From the NCBI GenBank assembly GCA_038889235.1, contig JAWAHN010000001.1:764499-796498 (forward strand): a stretch of 32,000 nucleotides of DNA. The letters are read 5' to 3'. The stretch is from Candidatus Jordarchaeales archaeon. GTDB taxonomy: Archaea; Asgardarchaeota; Jordiarchaeia; Jordiarchaeales; Freyrarchaeaceae. This document shows, piece after piece, positions 1-8,534 of this stretch (within the stretch, counting starts at the first letter, position 1; each line of letters opens with the position of its first letter). The notes under the pieces were generated by a model, which was not told the origin of the DNA, made no database searches, and was given only the letters and a program-made list of their open reading frames with translations. The translations under genes and the position numbers were made by a program.

Positions 1-395
1 ACTGTGATCGTTTTCACCTTCGAACAAAGTTTGGTCATCGTAGACTTTGTAACCAAGCCCACCAATTCGTCTTTCTCTACCACAGGGAGACCCGATATCT
101 TTTTTTCTATCATTATTTTCGCTGCGTCTACAACATCCAGTTCGGGAGGAATCGTTATCGGATTAAGAGTCATGGCGCTTGAAACATGTATGCTCGACGC
201 TTGGAGAGTCCCTATTCTACTAGAACCCAACCTGTCAAGTATGTCCCTCTCCGTTAGTATGCCGACAAGCTTCCCGTTATTCAATACTAATAGGCGGGAA
301 ACTCTGTTTTTCACCATTAACTCTATTGCGAAGGAGAGAGAGGCGTCTTTATCAACAACGATAAGGTCTCTAGTCATAACCTCCTTGACTAACAA
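1..395 (-). CDS. CBS-domain protein (runs off the window start)
   Basis: Hand translation of the minus strand from TTG at 395 (SD-like GGGTGA upstream): MLVKEVMTRDLIVVDKDASLSFAIELMVKNRVSRLLVLNNGKLVGILTERDILDRLG...HVSSAMTLNPITIPPELDVVDAAKIMIEKNISGLPVVEKDELVGLVTKST. This is a tandem CBS pair with no stop before the window edge. Confidence 0.9.
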   Translation of the reverse strand, partial: MLVKEVMTRDLIVVDKDASLSFAIELMVKNRVSRLLVLNNGKLVGILTERDILDRLGSSRIGTLQASSIHVSSAMTLNPITIPPELDVVDAAKIMIEKKISGLPVVEKDELVGLVTKSTMTKLCSKVKTIT

Positions 396-526
396 GAAAG
401 TTCACCCTTGTAAGTAAACATTTTTTTCGATATTCCTTGAACAAAGTTTTTATTAAAATCTTTTGAAAGACAACGGACATGTTGTGTTTTTATACGCTTT
501 GTAAGCAACTCTTAAGGGGAGTATGG

Positions 527-2971
527 ATGACCTTATGGTCAAACTATGTCTATGGAGCTTTAATCATAACTTTACTAACCTTCTGTGTTTTATATGTAAG
601 AGCGAGAAAAACTTATGTGGGAAGTTTCAGTAAGGGGGTGTACTACAAGCACTTTAAATGGGTTTTAGCGGCAGCTCTTAAAGTTGCCTACCTACCTATT
701 CAAACAGCCCATAAAGGTGACAAGGGAGGCGAGCAGCAGTTCTTCCATCATTTCCAGCATTTTGTATCAATGTGGCAAGAAATAGATGAGGCAAGCTACG
801 AGTTGAAAGTAACTGGAAAAGAGGTAGCAGTATTCTTCCACATTTTTGGTAAAAGTCTTTCGTTGTCTAGGGCTGCTAAAAAATTAAAGAAAAACATATT
901 GTCTGTTAAGACGAGTTTAGAGACACGTTTTCCAGGACTTGTTCTTTCACCCATAACGTCAGACGAAGTTAAGGAAGTCTTTAAGTTGCATCATGGAAGA
1001 CCGGTCTCTGCTAAGAAAAAGATATTGAACGTAAAGCTCCCCGACGGAGAAAATAAGATCTGTGTTTTAATGCTTACAAAAAATGTTGATCAGTTCCATG
1101 GTGGGATAAGTCAGATAGATATGCTCGCCAGAAGTCTCATTCAGCTTGACGCTAATGTTAGCTTTGTGGTTTGTTTTAAACCTATAAAGAAAAAGTTTCT
1201 ATTGAAACACAATAAAGATGATCAAGTGCAGGCTGAAAAAGCAACAGGGTTGTGGAATACGTCATGTTACGTATTACTTGAGTTAACTAATGATGATGAG
1301 CTGGAGCTTAAAGTCTTACGACTTAAAAACATTCTATCAACAGTTTTTTCTGGTCCGACAGAAAAACCCGAGATAAAGGTGTTGCGAGGACGTACCTTAA
1401 AGAGAAAATATTATACTCTTTCGATGAGAGGATTTTTAGGAAAATCGTTTGAAATTACAAGCATAAAACTTTCAGCATTGACAGCTTTACCCGGAAAAGG
1501 AGTACCGGGTTTAAACTTAAGGGTCAAACCAGAGTTTAACATACCCCCTGAAAAACTGCTTCAGGGTGACGGTGTAAGAGTGGGATATGTCGTGTTTGAG
1601 GACAAAAAACTTTTCCCGTTTAACCTCAAACTAGAGCAGCTCAGAAAGGGTGTAGCGGTACTTGGAGCCATAGGTAGCGGAAAAACGCGAATGGTTATGA
1701 AGATTGCTAAAGATGTTATCGCCAATCACAAAATACCCGTACTTATATTTGAGAGCAAAGGAGAGTTCGCTTCCCTCATAAAGGAACTACCACCTGACGT
1801 ACTTGCCAAAACAATTATCTTGAGGCCAGGAAGCCCTTACGCGCCCTTAAAAATAAACTTATTTGACCCGGGCGACATGATCCCCGAGGAGTACGCTCGC
1901 CGTCTTTTCGGGTTACTCAGTGCTATTTTTCGTTCCCTGTTTAGAGAGGATAGTGAATTGACGGTTCAAATGGCGAGGGTACTAAACGAAGTACTCTTCG
2001 AAACTTTAAGAAGAGAAGAAACTAGAAGCATTGAAGGCTTCCTTCGAGTTCTAAAAGAGTATGCCAAGCGAGAAACACAAATTCCAAATGTATTGAGCAC
2101 GATCAATGCCTTAGAAGCAAGAATGAATATTTTCCTTAGAGGTATTCTTGGAGAAATATTTAATACCAAGAAATCTAATGTGAACATAGAGGACCTATTA
2201 GGAAACATGACTATAATAGATTTCAGTTACCTCTTTTCAAACGGAGGAAGCAAAGAAGATGCACAGTTGATAATGAATCTAGTGATGCTGCACGTTTTTC
2301 AAGCAGGGTTAAAGAGAATGAACGTAAACACTCTGTCACATTTGGTCATCGTTGACGACGCAAGATTCTTGATTCCAGAAGTCTTCGTAAGGCGTAGCAC
2401 AAGTGACACGACTGCAATCGAGGACATGATTACGCTTGAAAGAGGAAAGGGGCAGGGGCTGATACTTGTTTGCCAAGACCCTTCAGTGTCACGGATAGCA
2501 CTTGCAAATTGTAACACAAGGATAATTTTTAGGCTTTCATTTAAATCCCAATCCGAGGAAGAGTTCATTAGAATGTCGCTTAACCTTCCAGAGGAACAAA
2601 GAGAGTTCCTCCTAACACAGCCCAACCGTTCAGCGATAGTAAAAATCCCGGAGTTTCCGCACCCGTTCCCGATAGTAACAGAAGAATACGATATTATAGA
2701 AGTACCCCCAACAGTTATAGAAAGACACAACAAAACATATCACCCATATCTTTTCGGTGAAGAAGAAATTGATGTTGACAAGTTCCTAGAATGGATGGTG
2801 AGTGTAGGGCCTGTAACTTTTGAGGATGTGGCAAGGCAGATGAAAATTAGCATGAGCAATGCTATAAGAACTATAAGAGAGTTAGAAAGAAAAGGGTATG
2901 TAACAACAATGGAAAATGGACTGATCTTCATAAGGGATTCTTATAAAACGGGCGGTTTACATAGTTCCTAA
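527..2971 (+). CDS. Membrane-anchored HerA/FtsK/VirB4-superfamily P-loop ATPase (DUF87-like) with C-terminal winged-helix domain
   Basis: N-terminal hydrophobic helix (YVYGALIITLLTFCVLYV), Walker A GAIGSGKT (1664-1687), Walker B LVIVDDA, family motifs CQDPS and ALANCNTRIIFRL, C-terminal wHTH-like FEDVARQMKISMSNAIRTIRELERKGYV. Start moved from 479 to ATG 527, which follows a GGGGAG SD-like element. Confidence 0.8.
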   Translation: MTLWSNYVYGALIITLLTFCVLYVRARKTYVGSFSKGVYYKHFKWVLAAALKVAYLPIQTAHKGDKGGEQQFFHHFQHFVSMWQEIDEASYELKVTGKEVAVFFHIFGKSLSLSRAAKKLKKNILSVKTSLETRFPGLVLSPITSDEVKEVFKLHHGRPVSAKKKILNVKLPDGENKICVLMLTKNVDQFHGGISQIDMLARSLIQLDANVSFVVCFKPIKKKFLLKHNKDDQVQAEKATGLWNTSCYVLLELTNDDELELKVLRLKNILSTVFSGPTEKPEIKVLRGRTLKRKYYTLSMRGFLGKSFEITSIKLSALTALPGKGVPGLNLRVKPEFNIPPEKLLQGDGVRVGYVVFEDKKLFPFNLKLEQLRKGVAVLGAIGSGKTRMVMKIAKDVIANHKIPVLIFESKGEFASLIKELPPDVLAKTIILRPGSPYAPLKINLFDPGDMIPEEYARRLFGLLSAIFRSLFREDSELTVQMARVLNEVLFETLRREETRSIEGFLRVLKEYAKRETQIPNVLSTINALEARMNIFLRGILGEIFNTKKSNVNIEDLLGNMTIIDFSYLFSNGGSKEDAQLIMNLVMLHVFQAGLKRMNVNTLSHLVIVDDARFLIPEVFVRRSTSDTTAIEDMITLERGKGQGLILVCQDPSVSRIALANCNTRIIFRLSFKSQSEEEFIRMSLNLPEEQREFLLTQPNRSAIVKIPEFPHPFPIVTEEYDIIEVPPTVIERHNKTYHPYLFGEEEIDVDKFLEWMVSVGPVTFEDVARQMKISMSNAIRTIRELERKGYVTTMENGLIFIRDSYKTGGLHSS

Positions 2972-4215
2972 GTTAAAGATTTCTCCTTAATGTAACGGGC
3001 ATATGCCTTCTTAAGAGCTTCTATTGCCGGAAGTTTTTCGCCAGCAAGGAAGGACAACATTGCTTTTCCGCCCGTGCTAATGTAATTTATTTTCGGCGAA
3101 ATATTGTACTTCTCTAGGACTTCAATTGTGTGACCTCCTCCGGCTAGGGAGAAACCTCGCGACTCGGCTATAGCGTTGAAGAGCTCCTTTGTTCCCTTAC
3201 TAAACCGTTCGTCCTCGTAAACTCCAGCCGGACCATTCACCACTATTGTTCCTGCTTCATGCAAGATCTTCGTAAAACACGTGATGCTCTGCTCACCCAA
3301 ATCTTTTACTTGAGCATTCTGAGGAAGAGAGTCGATGTCAACCTCCACTCGTTCACCGTTCAAGTCTACGGCAAAATCAGATGGAAGCACTATTTTATCA
3401 CCGAAATCGTTCATTAAGCCGCGTATTTTGTCAAAATACTCCGGCACGCCCTTAGAAATTAACAGCCTTTTATTAACTTCCCCTACATCAATTCCCTTTG
3501 CCGCTGCAAAAGCAACTGCTAAAAGTCCTGCTATCAGTAGTTTGTCAGCAATATCTTTTCTCAAAACGTTTTCTGCAACCTTAAAGCTGTCGTCGATTTT
3601 CGATCCTCCAAGGAGGTACACGCAGGGTCGCTTGGGGTTATTCATAACACTTGAAAGAACGTTTACTTCAGATTCCATCAGCCTTCCTGCCGCCGACGGA
3701 AGAACTTCAGTAAAAGCAACAAGCGATACATGGTCACGGTGCGCTGCTGGAAAAGCATCATTGACAAAAAAGTCAGATACTGCAGAGAGACTTTTAACTA
3801 AATTCGTCTTTAATTGCTCACTGATCTTTTTAACTTTCGTTTCCTCACCAACAAACCTAACATTTTCAAGAAGGAGAATCTCGGAAGGTTTTAAGTTCTT
3901 AATAGCGGAAATCGCTTTATCCCCGCAAACATCGTCAACATACTTAATGTTAATGCCAAGAAGCTCGCTTGCAGTTTCAGCGTGACGTTTCAGCGGCACG
4001 AAGTCACTTTCTCCCTCTCGACCTTGATGCGAAAGAGCCACCACTTTTGCACCTTTCTCTGCAAGTTCAATTAAAGTTTCACCATGACGCTTTATCTTAA
4101 AAGTTTCTTTAAGTGAACCCGTCTCTGGGTCTATAGGTGAATTTATATCTATTCTAACAAGGACAGTTTTACCGTCAAAGTTAAAATCATCTAACGTAAA
4201 AAACTCTTTGCCCAT
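2968..4215 (-). CDS. pgk: Phosphoglycerate kinase
   Basis: Motifs VRIDINSP, SHQGR, LLLENVRF, FVNDAFPAAHR, LGGSKIDD, NGPAGVYE, GGGHT, ISTGGKA. Confidence 0.97.
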   Translation of the reverse strand: MGKEFFTLDDFNFDGKTVLVRIDINSPIDPETGSLKETFKIKRHGETLIELAEKGAKVVALSHQGREGESDFVPLKRHAETASELLGINIKYVDDVCGDKAISAIKNLKPSEILLLENVRFVGEETKVKKISEQLKTNLVKSLSAVSDFFVNDAFPAAHRDHVSLVAFTEVLPSAAGRLMESEVNVLSSVMNNPKRPCVYLLGGSKIDDSFKVAENVLRKDIADKLLIAGLLAVAFAAAKGIDVGEVNKRLLISKGVPEYFDKIRGLMNDFGDKIVLPSDFAVDLNGERVEVDIDSLPQNAQVKDLGEQSITCFTKILHEAGTIVVNGPAGVYEDERFSKGTKELFNAIAESRGFSLAGGGHTIEVLEKYNISPKINYISTGGKAMLSFLAGEKLPAIEALKKAYARYIKEKSLT

Positions 4216-4331
4216 GAGAAAACCTCCTCACCCAGAGACTGGGTGATTAAGGATTCTTCACTATTTAAAAATTTTTTCAAAACATAAAGAAGTGAAGAAG
4301 GAGGAAGTGAAAGCTTACGGAGGGATGAACA

Positions 4332-5468
4332 ATATTTCTCGCTTCAACGGGAATAGGAAGCCACCCTATAGGAGATTTTAGAAAAATAGTTGGAGACATA
4401 CTTTCATCTGGAACAAAAATCCCTTATATGCCTCAGTCGGTAAATGACAACATGATATATCAGTTCCACAACGTCATACCAGGATTACTACTCGAAGGCG
4501 GAAATGTATTCCTAGATTTATCCACGATAGAGAAGGTGAAGAACTTTAATAACTATAAGGGGGAGCTGAGACTAAAAGACATGCACCTACTACCGTCAGG
4601 AATGTTTCTAAAACGAGAATTCATAGAGGGGCTTCACGTTCTTCAAGAGGAGCTAGAAGTTAGCAAACCGAACATTTGGGGCGTAAAAGGAGAGATAACT
4701 GGACCGATGACGGAGGCATACAGCATAACTGTGATTCCCAAACGCAGTAAGGCGATACATGACGATGAAATTTTTGACGTTATTGTTAAAACAACATGTG
4801 AGGTAGCCGTATGGCTCTCATCGAAGATAGCAGAAATTACCAGGAAAGTGGTGGGTAAAGACGGAGCGGCTATCTTGTTTGTGGACGAACCTCTTCTCCC
4901 CCTAGTCCTCAGAGAACATGATGCCAATGAAGTTAAGGAGGCGCTAGAGCGCGTTCTTAAAAAAATTAAATGTAAAAAAGGAGTGCACGTATGCGACGAA
5001 CCAGCCTCTGTTGCCGACATGATACTCGAACTCGGAGTAGATTACTTCTCATTTGACATGAAAAAGTATCCTAAAACACTGGAAATTATTGATAGGGAAA
5101 GACTTAAACAACATATCGCAGAGGGAAAAGGATTTGCCTTCGGCGTGACGCCAAACACGCCAGAATCCATAATGGATGAGGGAACATTGTACAAGGCATA
5201 TAAAAGAGAAGTAAATATTGAAGAGTTCCTTCCAACACCCCATGAAATAGCTAAAACCCTGACCAGTAATTTGGAGAAAGTTAAGGAAGAAGTTAACTTA
5301 GAGGACCTCGTTATGGGGTCACTCTTAACACCACAATGTGGTTTCAGAAGCTTCACTGTACCAAACCCCGAAGAGGGGGAAAAGATTGTCAGAATTCTCC
5401 TAGAAAGACAAGAAAAAGCAGCACAAATAATCCGTGAAAAATATGGAATTCATAAAGAAAAAGCTTAA
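4332..5468 (+). CDS. Cobalamin-independent methionine synthase catalytic-domain ('core'/truncated MetE) family protein
   Basis: Putative Zn ligands GVHVCD (HxC) and TPQCG, plus FVDEP. The frame stays open upstream of ATG 4428 to 4329 and encodes the family-like N-terminus FLASTGIGSHP...IPYMPQ. Probable start is ATA 4332 (see findings). Confidence 0.75.
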   Translation: MFLASTGIGSHPIGDFRKIVGDILSSGTKIPYMPQSVNDNMIYQFHNVIPGLLLEGGNVFLDLSTIEKVKNFNNYKGELRLKDMHLLPSGMFLKREFIEGLHVLQEELEVSKPNIWGVKGEITGPMTEAYSITVIPKRSKAIHDDEIFDVIVKTTCEVAVWLSSKIAEITRKVVGKDGAAILFVDEPLLPLVLREHDANEVKEALERVLKKIKCKKGVHVCDEPASVADMILELGVDYFSFDMKKYPKTLEIIDRERLKQHIAEGKGFAFGVTPNTPESIMDEGTLYKAYKREVNIEEFLPTPHEIAKTLTSNLEKVKEEVNLEDLVMGSLLTPQCGFRSFTVPNPEEGEKIVRILLERQEKAAQIIREKYGIHKEKA

Positions 5469-5491
5469 CATTCTTTCTTTTCTTAATTTAG

Positions 5492-6745
5492 TTAAGCCCC
5501 ATATTTTTTAGACAGCCCTAAGTAATCAATTAGTATTGGCATTAGGAAGCGCGCTTGCACTCTGCCAAGCCCGCCTTTAGCGCACTCCCTTTCACCAAAA
5601 CGCTTAACATCGTCGGTTCTGACACCCGGACCAGCTATGACTACGGGCACAGGATCACCAGTATGTTCTCTAACAGATACTGGAGTGGTGTGATCAGCTG
5701 TCAAGACGATGTACGTAGTGTTTAAGTCCACATGATCCAGAAGGAAGCTGACAAGCGCATCAGCTTTCTCTATCATGTACACTTTTTTCTTTACATCTCC
5801 ATCGTGGCTGGCATTGTCAGCTCCCTTTATGTGCAGGAAAACCAAGTCGTATTCACCCAAGAGTTTTAGCGCAGCGCGCCCCATAGCGATAGTGTCTGTA
5901 TCGAAGCTTCCAGTAACTCCTTCAACTTCAACTACATCCATTCCAGCGGCTTTACAAACACCTCTAACTAGGGCGTTCGCTACTATACAGGCCGCCCTTA
6001 AACCATAAAGCTCTCTAAGAGACGGCATCGACGGTAGTTTCCCAGCTCCTCGAAGCAAAAGTATGTTCGCTGGGAGTAGGCCTCTTTTCTCTCTTTCAAC
6101 ATTAAGGGGATGGTTTCTGAGAACTTCATAGGAGTAACGCGTAAATTCGTTGACTATGCTTGCAGTTTTTCTAGCTTCAAAGCTAGAGTCCAGTGGAGTA
6201 GCCTCAAGAACTCTTTCTTTCTTATGTGGGTCAGTATCCGAAACCATGTGTGACAAGCCCGGCCCTTTTAACACCACAACACACCTATGTTCAGTGGTAT
6301 GCTTAACAACGATTCTAACGTCGTGAAAAAGATTTGAGCGAAAACCGTTAAGCGCCTCTGCCAATTTATCTCCCTCGGGGATTATTCTGCCGGCACGACG
6401 ATCGACAACGACCATGTCGTTGTTAACAGTAGCGAAATTAGCCCTAAAAGCCACATCTTCACTATTTACCTCAATTCCCGCCCCTAACGCTTCTAGCCCC
6501 CCTCTCCCCCTATAGACCGCGTAAGGATCATATCCAAAAAGGGATAAGTGCGCAACGTCACTTCCTGGGGGTATACCAGGAGAAATTATGTCAAGTATTC
6601 CACAGACTCCTATTTCAGCCAGTTTGTCCATTCCAGGTTTAAAAGCAACTTCAAGAGGTGTTAAACCATTTAATGAGGGAACCGGTCTGTCTGCCATTCC
6701 ATCGACAACAATAAAAATTATGTTTTTCTTTTCAGACAAAACCAT
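5492..6745 (-). CDS. apgM: 2,3-bisphosphoglycerate-independent phosphoglycerate mutase, archaeal type
   Basis: Motifs DGMADRP, PGSDVAHLSLFGY, GRGGLEALG, HIKGADNASHDG, TADHTTPV, HTGDPVP. Start placed at ATG 6745 after GAGGAGTG. Confidence 0.93.
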   Translation of the reverse strand: MVLSEKKNIIFIVVDGMADRPVPSLNGLTPLEVAFKPGMDKLAEIGVCGILDIISPGIPPGSDVAHLSLFGYDPYAVYRGRGGLEALGAGIEVNSEDVAFRANFATVNNDMVVVDRRAGRIIPEGDKLAEALNGFRSNLFHDVRIVVKHTTEHRCVVVLKGPGLSHMVSDTDPHKKERVLEATPLDSSFEARKTASIVNEFTRYSYEVLRNHPLNVEREKRGLLPANILLLRGAGKLPSMPSLRELYGLRAACIVANALVRGVCKAAGMDVVEVEGVTGSFDTDTIAMGRAALKLLGEYDLVFLHIKGADNASHDGDVKKKVYMIEKADALVSFLLDHVDLNTTYIVLTADHTTPVSVREHTGDPVPVVIAGPGVRTDDVKRFGERECAKGGLGRVQARFLMPILIDYLGLSKKYGA

Positions 6746-6897
6746 CACTCCTCTATAACTTCTCGTATATTGGTTCCCGCGACCCAAAATTAAAATTTAA
6801 TTCTCGTTGTTTTATGGGAACGACATTCCAAGAAATCACACTAAAAATAAACAACAAAGATTTAAAATAAATGTATTCAACGTGTGGTGACGATTGA

Positions 6898-8196
6898 TTG
6901 GACGTGAAGGCGATGGTTGAGAATGAAGAAGGGTTAATAGAAAACTACAACAGAGTGCTGAGAGACTTATCCCCAAACTTACCTGAAAGAGTGTATATAT
7001 GGGATGAAACTTTAAGGGATGGAGAACAAACGGCAGGTGTTTTCTTAACAATCGACGAAAAAATAGAGATAGCCAAACTTCTAGACGAAGTTGGGGTAAG
7101 TATTATCGTTCCAGGCTACCCCGCAGTCTCAAAAACGGAGAAGGAGGCTGTTAAAAGAATAGCTGGAGAAAACCTGGACAATAGCATAGTAGCAGCCCCA
7201 GCTAGACCTAAAAAGGAAGACATAGATGCATGCTTGGAGTGTGACGTGAAAGAAATACCGATATTTATGCCGACAAGTAGAATACTGTTGAAATACTCGT
7301 TAAACATGCAACTCCAAGAAGCAGTAGAAATGCTCTCAGACGCCATAGCGTATACACTCGACCACGGTGTGAAGGTGGATTTCGTAGCTGAAGACGCAAC
7401 ACGGGCAAAAATGGAAGACCTAATTTACATAACCAAAAGAGCTGTAGAAGAAGGAGCGAGAAAGGTAATAATCGCAGACACCGTTGGTGTAATGCACCCC
7501 CTCTCAATGAAGTATTTAATACGCAACTTGCGTGAAGCACTTAAGGGGGCACAAGTGGGGTTAGCGGTCCACTGCCATAACGACCTCGGACTAGCTACTG
7601 CTAACACGTTAGCAGCTGTTGAAGAAGGAGTAATTTACCCACATACATGTGTAAATGGCTACGGTGAAAGAGCAGGAAACGCCGCTTTTGAAGAAGTAGT
7701 TGTTGCATTAGAAATATTCTATGGAGTGAAAACAGGGATAAAGCTAGACAAGATATATGAAGTCTCACAGTTCGTGGAAAAGTGCTTCGCAATACCCCTA
7801 CCATTCCATAAACCCCTAGTTGGCGAAAACGCATTCACACATGAGAGCGGCATCCATGTTAAAGCACTCTTGCAACACAAACTGACATACCAACCAATAC
7901 CACCAGAAGCTATAGGTAGACAAGCTGAGTACCTACTAGGTAAATTTACGGGCAGCAACATAGTGCACCATATACTAAAAAGCAAGGGAATAGAAGTTGC
8001 AAGAGAACAACTCAGAGAAATAGTCGAAAAAATAAAAGAACTTCAGGAAAACAAAGGCAAAATAGTGGCCAGAGAAGCATATTCAAAGATAAAACAATTG
8101 ATGAAAGAAATTAGAAGAAGTGTGACTGAAAGAGAACTACTAGAAATAACTAACGAATTGCTACAGAAAAGAGGGGTAAGCGAACTAATCAGCTGA
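6898..8196 (+). CDS. LeuA/AksA/CimA-family (DRE-TIM) 2-oxoacid:acetyl-CoA condensing enzyme, lacking the C-terminal allosteric domain
   Basis: Motifs DETLRDGEQ, EDATR, IADTVG, HCHNDLGLATAN, NGYGERAGNA, AFTHESGIH. 432 aa, too short for the LeuA regulatory domain. Substrate cannot be determined from sequence. Confidence 0.85.
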   Translation: MDVKAMVENEEGLIENYNRVLRDLSPNLPERVYIWDETLRDGEQTAGVFLTIDEKIEIAKLLDEVGVSIIVPGYPAVSKTEKEAVKRIAGENLDNSIVAAPARPKKEDIDACLECDVKEIPIFMPTSRILLKYSLNMQLQEAVEMLSDAIAYTLDHGVKVDFVAEDATRAKMEDLIYITKRAVEEGARKVIIADTVGVMHPLSMKYLIRNLREALKGAQVGLAVHCHNDLGLATANTLAAVEEGVIYPHTCVNGYGERAGNAAFEEVVVALEIFYGVKTGIKLDKIYEVSQFVEKCFAIPLPFHKPLVGENAFTHESGIHVKALLQHKLTYQPIPPEAIGRQAEYLLGKFTGSNIVHHILKSKGIEVAREQLREIVEKIKELQENKGKIVAREAYSKIKQLMKEIRRSVTERELLEITNELLQKRGVSELIS

Positions 8197-8317
8197 AACC
8201 TACACCTTCTAAAGGTTAATAACGCTCAATCCTCGCCACAGAATTTCTCCCAAAACTAAAACAGGAAGAAAGAATCCCCTTTAATCTAAAAAATCACAAA
8301 AATGGAAAAAGCGAAAG

Positions 8318-8331
8318 GAAAAAGATAAATA
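8318..8331 (+). promoter_or_regulatory. BRE/TATA promoter of the tRNA gene
   Basis: GAAAAAGATAAATA ends about 33 nt upstream of the tRNA 5' end. Near-identical elements lie at 11001-11014 (+) and 13886-13902 (-). Confidence 0.6.
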
Positions 8332-8364
8332 GCCTCCTTCTCTGAAAGAATTCTTGGAACCCAC

Positions 8365-8534
8365 GGGGGCGTGGTCTAGATATCGGGCAGCTGAAGCCCC
8401 GATAGGGGAGCCTGGTATGAGCCCGATAGGTCCTCCTGTCGGGGTATAATTCCTGCCTGGGGCGCAGAGCGGTGTAGGGTATTCTACACCGTTAACGTAA
8501 GCGGTCCCGAGTTCAAATCTCGGCGCCCCCACCA
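8365..8534 (+). tRNA. tRNA-Pro(GGG) with three non-canonical introns and genome-encoded CCA
   Basis: Exons 8365-8379, 8411-8420, 8450-8467 and 8501-8534 join to GGGGGCGTGGTCTAGCCTGGTATGATTCCTGCCTGGGGCGCAGGCGGTCCCGAGTTCAAATCTCGGCGCCCCCACCA. Acceptor stem GGGGGCG/CGCCCCC, anticodon stem CCTGC/GCAGG, anticodon GGG at 8459-8461, T-arm CCGAG-TTCAAAT-CTCGG. Introns 8380-8410, 8421-8449 and 8468-8500 are all hairpins. Confidence 0.9.

Noticed and set aside
4-417. 137-aa plus-strand ORF
   Set aside because: Antisense shadow of the CBS-domain gene; Ser/Thr-rich with no motif.
479-2971. The ATPase as the marker of an integrated conjugative element or provirus
   Set aside because: No integrase, att repeat, relaxase, VirB6-like or capsid gene, no obvious compositional break, and the flanks are housekeeping genes.
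8380-8500. Hairpins with a repeated CCCGATAGG, considered as a mini-CRISPR, MITE or C/D-box RNA
   Set aside because: Fully explained as tRNA introns; no regular repeat-spacer period, no cas genes, no clear C/D box pair.
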